Below, one piece after another: positions 21,074 to 27,571 of a stretch of DNA of 32,000 nucleotides. This DNA comes from Synechococcus sp. A15-28. GTDB lineage: Bacteria; Cyanobacteriota; Cyanobacteriia; PCC-6307; Cyanobiaceae. Below the pieces are notes generated by a model that saw only the letters and a program-made list of their open reading frames with translations, made no database searches and was not told where the DNA came from. The translations under genes were made by a program, and so were the position numbers. Within the stretch, counting starts at the first letter, position 1. Each line of letters starts with the position of its first letter. The stretch covers positions 1,860,001 to 1,892,000 of the forward strand of contig NZ_CP047931.1 of NCBI RefSeq assembly GCF_014280175.1. Reading direction: 5' to 3'.

Positions 21074-21691
21074 ATGAACGAGGGCATCGTCTACGTCCTG
21101 ACCAATCCCGCCATGCCGAAGCTGGTGAAGATCGGAAAGACAGGTCGTGGTGTCGAGACGCGTCTGAACGACCTCTACACAACTGGCGTACCCCTGCCGT
21201 TTGAGTGCGCCTATGCCGCAAGGGTGGAGGACATGGACAAGGTGGAGAAAGCCTTCCACAACGCCTTTGGGCCATACAGGGTCAACCCAAGAAGGGAGTT
21301 CTTTGAGATTGAGCCCGAGCAGGCGATTGGGCTGCTGGATCTGATGAAGTTGGAGGACATGACTCCGGCAATGCAGGCTGAAGCCGAACAGGTGGACGTT
21401 CAGGCGAAAGCCTCAGCAGAGAAGCTCAAGCGTTCTCGTCGCCCCAACCTCAATTACATAGAGATGGGCATCCCTATTGGAAGCACCCTTCTGTATCAAG
21501 GGGATGGAGAGACCACTTGCACAGTTGCCGATGGCCGCAACGTCAGCTTTGAAGGGAGGACCCTCTCACTGACCAAGCTGACCAAAGAGCTACGACAGCA
21601 GCCAGATCGACCAATTCGCGGCCCTGCTCATTGGTCTTACAACGGACGACTTTTGGGGGAAATGTACGAAGAGACTTACGGAGAAGACTGA
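21074..21691 (+). CDS. GIY-YIG / T5orf172-family nuclease-like protein with a C-terminal extension
   Basis: GIVYVLTNPAMPKLVKIGKTGRGVETRLNDLYTTGVPLPFECAYAARVEDMDKVEKAFHNAFGPYRVNPRREFFEI is the T5orf172-type GIY-YIG pattern. GTG at 21071 is an alternative start. Confidence 0.8.
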   Translation: MNEGIVYVLTNPAMPKLVKIGKTGRGVETRLNDLYTTGVPLPFECAYAARVEDMDKVEKAFHNAFGPYRVNPRREFFEIEPEQAIGLLDLMKLEDMTPAMQAEAEQVDVQAKASAEKLKRSRRPNLNYIEMGIPIGSTLLYQGDGETTCTVADGRNVSFEGRTLSLTKLTKELRQQPDRPIRGPAHWSYNGRLLGEMYEETYGED

Positions 21692-21830
21692 TCTACATCC
21701 AACGCAATATTAGAAGAAGAGGCCAGCATCAAGGCGACTCAATGAAGCGAGATACTGGCTAAGAGTTCTGAATAGGAAGCTGATTCTCCCGCAATGACAA
21801 TGTCAACCTGTCCGCACTGCTGAAGCTTGA

Positions 21831-21859
21831 TTGACAAATTTAATAAACCAATTTAATAT
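21831..21859 (+). promoter_or_regulatory. Near-consensus sigma70-type promoter (TTGACA - 17 nt - TAATAT)
   Basis: ttgaca at 21831-21836, a 17-nt AT-rich spacer, and taatat at 21854-21859. Pattern match only. Confidence 0.4.
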
Positions 21860-21909
21860 AAATGCATTGCAAGGCAGTCGCTTGCGATATCACTTACCTT
21901 ATCTTTAAG

Positions 21910-22191
21910 ATGAAATCAACGAAATCTGCATGGTCTACCCACCTGGGCTTTAATATCTCCAAAGCAAAGCAAGAGCTTGGCGATGAGTTCCCAAGAAACT
22001 ACAACTCGCTCCTCAAAAAATGCGTATTAAGCGAAACTTCTAAACAAATCCTAGACATATATGCCGGGGACAAACGCTCACCAATTGATTACGATGCTTT
22101 CCTTGCGAGATTCTGCGACAAAGCCAAGTACAGGGCTGGAGTTATCGAGGCGATAAAGTGGACTCTTGAAGCCATGCAGCTTGGCAACTGA
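21910..22191 (+). CDS. Hypothetical protein, low-GC (93 aa from the second Met; the track ORF starts at 21862)
   Basis: ORF in AT-rich DNA: MKSTKSAWSTHLGFNISKAKQELG... The ATG at 21862 sits only 2 nt after the predicted -10 box, so 21910 is preferred. Confidence 0.45.
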   Translation: MKSTKSAWSTHLGFNISKAKQELGDEFPRNYNSLLKKCVLSETSKQILDIYAGDKRSPIDYDAFLARFCDKAKYRAGVIEAIKWTLEAMQLGN

Positions 22192-22252
22192 ATGATCTCG
22201 TCAATCCACAACTCGCAGTGGTAGAAAATAATTAGCGCGCCATCCCACCAGC

Positions 22253-22495
22253 ATGGCAACCCGCCTGATCACACCGAGCCAGCTGTCACTGTTCAGCATC
22301 AGCCCAGTGATCGGGGCCTGGTGGGAAGAGTTGCAGGCGCAGAATCTGTTTGAAGGCAGCAAGCCAGCGGTGAGTGAGCTGGATCAGCAGCTGGTGGCCG
22401 AATACGAGGCAAGGGGCGACTGGCTGCCCACCCCTCAACCTGCGAAAGCCAGTGCCAACAGACGTCAAGCAAAAGCACCCACCCGCTGTGGTTAG
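22253..22495 (+). pseudogene. Truncated 5' fragment of a RecB-like nuclease/helicase gene, paralogous to the start of 24095..27571
   Basis: Residues 6-47 (ITPSQLSLFSISPVIGAWWEELQAQNLFEGSKPAVSELDQQL) match residues 6-47 of the 1158-aa ORF with one substitution. It then diverges into 33 unrelated codons and a stop. Confidence 0.6.
22267..22393. repeat. Direct repeat copy 1 (127 bp, 120/127 identical to 24109..24235)
   Basis: Hand alignment of the two segments gives 7 mismatches and no gaps. Confidence 0.9.
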
Positions 22496-22677
22496 GTAGA
22501 ACCAACCACCACAGCACTTGTGCCTCGGATCAGGCTGTCGACGTAGTTCTGAACTATCAGCTCGATCTGTCCAGTGGCGCCCTTCCCATTACTAAAGGCA
22601 TCAACAATCAACTGAGGCCGCCAATAGAACAGCAGTGTAATGGCGCTCATATCCGCAATCACTGATCACAGCATTCT

Positions 22678-23196
22678 TCATCTTTTTACTTGACCTGTCA
22701 TCGTTATTTCCAGCGTTGGCTCTTCACTACAAATGCCGCAGACAAAATACCTAGCAAACTGATTGTCGGAAAAAAAATTCCATCCATCAGGCATCTTTTG
22801 TGTGAGCCTAAATGGCCTGAATCTTTCATTTTCTTCCGTCGTCAATATGGTGACCCTATCCGTCCAATCGAGGATTTTTGCAATTTGCACTACGTCATGC
22901 CTGTTGTTTACAATTTTTCTTCCAATCTCATTAGAAGGCACTGGGTGCTCATAAGTAAACTTATTTTTTTGCGATTTTAGCCCCCTTCTGAGCTTGCCAT
23001 CTCTCAGGAATCCGCTCCGGTCAAGGTATTCAATAGAGGACTCTGTGGCAAGATACGTATCTTTGGCAAGGCTATACTTTGCAATATAATTAAGAAGACC
23101 ATACCTAATTGTGTGATCTTCGTACATCCTATCAAACCCATCAATTTTTACTATGGAGCAAATAACTGTGTACAAGTCTTTTTGAAGTAAGTTCAT
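22678..23196 (-). CDS. Hypothetical protein, low-GC, 172 aa; possible His-Me finger (HNH/DUF1524-like) motif
   Basis: FTYEHPVPSN...(about 30 aa)...VTILTTEENERF resembles the (D/E)H-x2-P ... N-x-L-x3-N pattern. This is a weak motif-level call only. Confidence 0.55.
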   Translation of the reverse strand: MNLLQKDLYTVICSIVKIDGFDRMYEDHTIRYGLLNYIAKYSLAKDTYLATESSIEYLDRSGFLRDGKLRRGLKSQKNKFTYEHPVPSNEIGRKIVNNRHDVVQIAKILDWTDRVTILTTEENERFRPFRLTQKMPDGWNFFSDNQFARYFVCGICSEEPTLEITMTGQVKR

Positions 23197-23217
23197 CGCA
23201 AAATCCCCTCTTGGAGC

Positions 23218-23817
23218 TCACTGATTTTCATAATATGGATCTCTGTATTGAGTTGTAAGGTTGGTGATGGGAGATATATCCCAGAGATGATCCATGTCAA
23301 AACCTTCGCTATGAGCAATGGTTTCAGATTGCTTGTTTTCTTCGAAGCTGCCGGGGTGCACTCCCACTTCGCCATCATCTCCAATGCAGAAGTAGTCATC
23401 CCAAAAGCCTTCAAGAATATTTTGGCATTGGGCATCCTGATCGCTCCATTCAGGGCATGCCGCTTCTTCGGTGTAAAGATGACTACCTTTTGGCGTAGTT
23501 TTTGCGCCCTTCCATTCTCCTCCCGAAGAGTCTGAATAAAGCCAGAGTGAGTTGTTTCCATCACGCCTGAACAGGTAATCGCTTTGCATTCCGCCCCCAG
23601 AGTATCCATAGGCAAGTGCAGCTACCTCTTGCGTCTTTTCTCCATCTTCGTTGATGAAACCATCAAGAACAACATACAAAACAGCTACAAGAAGCTTTGA
23701 CTTACTCTCGTCAGAAAATTCGCAGAAAAATTCGGTTTCACTGATTCTGAGCGGCATGGCCTGTGAGCAAGTAAGTTGATTATAACTTAATAGATGCTTG
23801 GGTACCAGTAGAGGCAT
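23218..23817 (-). CDS. Hypothetical acidic Trp/Asp/Glu-rich protein, low-GC, 199 aa (an alternative start at 23757 gives 179 aa)
   Basis: Ends 21 nt upstream of the 172-aa ORF on the same strand, an operon-like arrangement. No family recognised. Confidence 0.5.
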   Translation of the reverse strand: MPLLVPKHLLSYNQLTCSQAMPLRISETEFFCEFSDESKSKLLVAVLYVVLDGFINEDGEKTQEVAALAYGYSGGGMQSDYLFRRDGNNSLWLYSDSSGGEWKGAKTTPKGSHLYTEEAACPEWSDQDAQCQNILEGFWDDYFCIGDDGEVGVHPGSFEENKQSETIAHSEGFDMDHLWDISPITNLTTQYRDPYYENQ

Positions 23818-24043
23818 TGTTTCTTGATTTATTCAGGAGCCATCTTCTCCCTGCCTCAATATGCACGAAAGCGAGGATTTCGTAGGCGGTGGACGCAATT
23901 GCCCGCTAGATGTGCGCATTGAATATCCCAATGAAACCAATTGCATTTTTCATTGGGAAAGTTTTTTGTTCGCTTGTGACGAGAGGATCTGTACGCAAAG
24001 AAATGATTTTATTTTTGCAGTCTTTGAACTACTAAATGAGTCT

Positions 24044-24072
24044 TTGACGCTGCGCTTTTATACTCATATTAT
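24044..24072 (+). promoter_or_regulatory. Near-consensus sigma70-type promoter (TTGACG - 17 nt - TATTAT) upstream of the helicase operon
   Basis: ttgacg at 24044-24049, a 17-nt spacer, and tattat at 24067-24072, about 22 nt before the TTG start at 24095. ggtgag (24081-24086) is a possible SD. Confidence 0.4.
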
Positions 24073-24094
24073 CTGGGCTTGGTGAGTTCTTGGC

Positions 24095-27000
24095 TTGAAC
24101 AACCGTCAGATCACCCCAAGCCAGCTGTCGCTGTTCAGCATCAGCCCAGTGATCGGAGCCTGGTGGGAGGAGCTGCAGGCGCAGAAGCTGTTTGAAGGCA
24201 GCAAGCCAGCGGTGAGTGAGCTGGATCAGCAGCTGTTTGCTGATGGCCTGCGCCACGAACAGGTACTGCTCACCAAGCTGGAAAAAGAAGGCCGCGGCAT
24301 TGCCCGGCTGCCCGGCAAACAAACCGAAGCCGATTACGCCGCCACCCGCCAGGCGATGACAGAGGGGGTGGAGTTCATCCACCAGGCCTCGCTATGTAAT
24401 GAGGAGATGCGCGGCAGTGCCGACCTGCTCAGGCGCATTGATCGCCCCTCATTACTGGGGGAGTGGAGCTACATCCCTATCGAGTGCAAGCTCGCCAGCA
24501 AACCGAAAACTACCTTCCTGGTGCAGGCTTCGGCCTACTGCGAAATGCTCACTCCATTGCTGGGGCATCGGCCCGATCAGTTCGAGCTCTATCTCGGCGG
24601 CGGCAAATTCCAGCCCTTTGGCACCGATCAGTTCTGGGCTTGGTACCAACTGCTGAGGCAGCGCTACCGCCAGTTCCGTGAGAGCTTCGATCCAGCGGTG
24701 ATTCCCGAGGATGCACCGGGGGATCACGGCGGCTGGTCGACGTTCATCGATCAACGGCTCGAAGAAGCGCGCGATCTGATGCTGGTGGCGGGCATGCGCC
24801 AGAGCCAGCGCCAGAAGCTGCGCGCTGCTGGCATCACCTCAATTGAGGAACTCGCAGCTGTTCCTGGTGGCACCGCTATCACCGGCCTGAATGGAGAGGC
24901 CCTACATGAGCTGCGCCAACAGGCCGAACTACAACTGCAGCCTGTGGATGCTGATGGCCGTCCGGCCTATCGCCTCAGGCCTATTGAAACCGGCAAAGGC
25001 CTTGCAGCTCTGCCGGCGCCTGATGCCGGCGACATCTGGTTCGACATGGAAGGGGTTCATGACCCGGTGAGCGGCAGCAAGCTCGAATACCTGTTTGGCG
25101 CCTGCTACCGGAATACCCCAGAGGGAAAGCCGTTGTTCAAGGCGTTCTGGGCCCATAGCGAAGCAGAGGAAAAACGCGCCTTCGAGGGGTGGGTGGATTG
25201 GGTGGAAGAACGACGCCGCCAGTGCCCGGGCCTGCGGATCTATCACTACGCCGCCTACGAGAAAACAGCGATGCGGCGCTTGGCGCAACAGCACGCCACC
25301 CGAGAAGCCGAGATCGATTCCTGGCTGCGCAACGAACTGCTTGTGGACCTGCTGCCAATCGTGACCAGCTCGATCGTTCTGGGCGAACCCAGCTACTCGA
25401 TCAAGAAGGTGGAGCACCTTTATATGGGTGCCCGCCATGCGGGGGTGACAAACGCCGGCGATTCAGTAGTGGCCTACCTGCACTGGCAGCTCTCCGGTGA
25501 GCCGGAGATGCCCGGAGAAGCGCCGGACGCCAGCCCGAAGCTGCAGGCGATTGAGGACTACAACCAAGAAGACTGCAAAAGCACGGTGTTCCTGCACGAC
25601 TGGCTGCTGAAGCTCAGGCGTGAGCAAGGCCTGCCGGATCAGCCCCTGCAGCTACCTCTGGATGAGGCTGCTCAGGAGCCACGGGAACCACAACCCCTCG
25701 AGCTGCTCAGCCAACAGCTACTCGAAGAAATCCCTGATCACCTGGCGGATAAACGTGCACTGGGTCCGCGCGGGATGAGCTGGCGGGCCCACAGGCTGCT
25801 GGCTCAGCTGCTGCCCTTCCATCACCGTGAAGCGAAGGTGGGCTGGTGGGCCTATTTCGATCGCCGCTCCAAGGCTGAACTCAGCCCATCGGAGCTGATC
25901 GACGACGGCGAAGCGATTGCCGACGCCCAATGGGTGGGGATGGACGAACGCCCCAGTGCTCGCACCGGCGCCGACATTCACCACTTCCGCTTTGACCCCA
26001 GCCAACCGCTGAAATTGCATGCCGGCGATGGCGACGGCCGGCTCACCGTTGAACTGCCCGCCACCAGCCTGAAGCTGGATGTGGATGCGCTCGATGCCGA
26101 ACGGGGAACGCTGAGCTTGAAGCTGCCCTGGAGCAAGCGCGATCAACGCCTCGCCAACGGCGAGGGCGAGGGCATCCCCAAAGACGCCACCTCGGTGATC
26201 AAGGTGCCGGCCGACATCAGCAAGAGCCTGCGCGAACGGCTGGAGGAGCAGGCCATGGCGTGGGTGCACGAGCACCAGCCGATCCCCCCAGCGATCCTGC
26301 AACTGCTGGAACGGCAACCCCTGCCGGCACTGCAAGAGCTCAATGCAGCCATTGCCGGGGATCCCAACGCCATTGCGGATGCCCTGGCGGGGTTTCTGCA
26401 GGAGCACTCCGGCATCAGCCTGGCGCTGCAGGGGCCACCGGGCACGGGTAAAACCACCGTCACCGGCCAGGTGATCGCCCAACTGGTGGCATCAGGCCAA
26501 CGGGTGGCAATCAGCTCCAACGGCCACGCCGCCATCAACAACCTGCTCAAGAAAGCCAAGAGCACCTGCAGCGCTGCAGGGGTGGCCGGCGAAGTGGTGA
26601 AGTGCAACAACAGCAAAGAAGAGGCGCTGAGCGCCGCAGGCATCAGCGTGGTGAAGCCCGGCCAACTCACGGAGGCCATGGCGGTGGTGGGTGGCACCAC
26701 CTGGATGTTCTGCAAAGAGGAGCTGGCGGATCAGTTCGATTGGCTGGTGGTGGATGAGGCGGGGCAGATGTCGCTCGCCAATCTGCTGGTGATGGCGCGT
26801 TGTGCCCGCTCGATCCTGCTGGTGGGCGATCAGCAGCAACTGGCCCAGCCCTCCCAGGCCGATCACCCCGGCGATTCAGGCCAAAGCTGCTTGGAGTACT
26901 GGATGGAAGGCGCCTCGGTGGTGCCAGACGATCGCGGCGTGTTTCTCTCCACCAGCTGGCGGATGGAACCAAGCCTCACCGCAATGGTGAGTGCGCTGTT

Positions 27001-27571
27001 TTATGAGGGCCGGCTGCAGGCCAGCTCCGCCAATTGCAGAAATCGCATCACATGGGCCACACCCTGCCAAGGCAGTGACGGACAGCTATACCCAAATCAA
27101 GGCCTGGAGTTTGATCCGGTGGCGCACAGCGGCAACAGCGTCTGCAGCGAAGAAGAAATCAACCGCATCGAAACGTTGGTGGATGCGCTGCTGGGGGGCC
27201 GCTACCAACACGCCAAAGCCGGGGGCATCGCAGCAGGCACGCTGACGCCAGACCAGATACTGGTGACGGCGCCCTACAACGTGCAGGTGAACCGGCTGCA
27301 GCAACGGCTGAATGGCAAAGCCCGGGTGGGCACGGTGGACAAGTTCCAAGGCCAGGAGGCACCCGTTGCCATTCACTCCTTAACGGCGAGCAGCGGCGAT
27401 GAAGCACCGAGGGGGCTGAGCTTTCTGCTGGAGCCGAACCGCTTGAACGTGGCGATCAGCCGCGCCCAATGCCTTTCGATCGTTGTGGGCTCACCCAGCC
27501 TGGCCAGCGGCATCGCCAACACGGTGGCGGAGGCCGAGCAGATCAATCGGTTGTGTGAGGTGATGGGCTGA
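24095..27571 (+). CDS. Fusion protein (1158 aa): RecB/Cas4-like PD-(D/E)xK nuclease, RNase H-like exonuclease module and SF1 (Upf1/Dna2-like, AAA_11/AAA_12) helicase; TM0106-family-like N-terminal half
   Basis: TTG start, the only start after the in-frame TGA at 24083. D110...E130-C-K132 (SADLL...IPIECKLASK); GITSIEELA (HhH-like); IWFDMEG and EDYNQEDC acidic motifs; LQGPPGTGKTT (Walker A, nt 26431-26454); LVVDEAGQM; VDKFQGQEAPV; LNVAISRA. Confidence 0.9.
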   Translation: MNNRQITPSQLSLFSISPVIGAWWEELQAQKLFEGSKPAVSELDQQLFADGLRHEQVLLTKLEKEGRGIARLPGKQTEADYAATRQAMTEGVEFIHQASLCNEEMRGSADLLRRIDRPSLLGEWSYIPIECKLASKPKTTFLVQASAYCEMLTPLLGHRPDQFELYLGGGKFQPFGTDQFWAWYQLLRQRYRQFRESFDPAVIPEDAPGDHGGWSTFIDQRLEEARDLMLVAGMRQSQRQKLRAAGITSIEELAAVPGGTAITGLNGEALHELRQQAELQLQPVDADGRPAYRLRPIETGKGLAALPAPDAGDIWFDMEGVHDPVSGSKLEYLFGACYRNTPEGKPLFKAFWAHSEAEEKRAFEGWVDWVEERRRQCPGLRIYHYAAYEKTAMRRLAQQHATREAEIDSWLRNELLVDLLPIVTSSIVLGEPSYSIKKVEHLYMGARHAGVTNAGDSVVAYLHWQLSGEPEMPGEAPDASPKLQAIEDYNQEDCKSTVFLHDWLLKLRREQGLPDQPLQLPLDEAAQEPREPQPLELLSQQLLEEIPDHLADKRALGPRGMSWRAHRLLAQLLPFHHREAKVGWWAYFDRRSKAELSPSELIDDGEAIADAQWVGMDERPSARTGADIHHFRFDPSQPLKLHAGDGDGRLTVELPATSLKLDVDALDAERGTLSLKLPWSKRDQRLANGEGEGIPKDATSVIKVPADISKSLRERLEEQAMAWVHEHQPIPPAILQLLERQPLPALQELNAAIAGDPNAIADALAGFLQEHSGISLALQGPPGTGKTTVTGQVIAQLVASGQRVAISSNGHAAINNLLKKAKSTCSAAGVAGEVVKCNNSKEEALSAAGISVVKPGQLTEAMAVVGGTTWMFCKEELADQFDWLVVDEAGQMSLANLLVMARCARSILLVGDQQQLAQPSQADHPGDSGQSCLEYWMEGASVVPDDRGVFLSTSWRMEPSLTAMVSALFYEGRLQASSANCRNRITWATPCQGSDGQLYPNQGLEFDPVAHSGNSVCSEEEINRIETLVDALLGGRYQHAKAGGIAAGTLTPDQILVTAPYNVQVNRLQQRLNGKARVGTVDKFQGQEAPVAIHSLTASSGDEAPRGLSFLLEPNRLNVAISRAQCLSIVVGSPSLASGIANTVAEAEQINRLCEVMG
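24109..24235. repeat. Direct repeat copy 2 (127 bp), inside the 5' end of the 1158-aa ORF
   Basis: See copy 1. 6 of the 7 differences are synonymous in the shared frame. Confidence 0.9.

Noticed and set aside
22492-22650. 52-codon minus-strand ORF (MSAITLLFYWRPQLIVDAFSNGKG...) downstream of the 172-aa gene.
   Set aside because: It is short, has no RBS or motif, and overlaps the end of the truncated fragment ORF. Coding cannot be supported from sequence alone.
23861-24085. 74-aa plus-strand ORF in the AT-rich gap before the helicase gene.
   Set aside because: It has no recognisable features and odd composition, and its 3' end is occupied by the predicted promoter for the helicase operon. It is probably non-coding.
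22286-24382. Minus-strand ORFs 22286..22468 and 24032..24382 share the peptide LLIQLTHRWLAAFKQ.LRLQL.PPG.DHWADAEQ.
   Set aside because: This is a by-product of the 127-bp direct repeat read on the opposite strand, not an independent gene family.
24452-27407. Several 80-250-aa minus-strand and off-frame ORFs inside the 1158-aa gene (for example 25718..26482 and 26143..26715).
   Set aside because: They lie opposite or out of frame with a gene carrying ordered helicase and nuclease motifs. They are typical GC-rich shadow frames.
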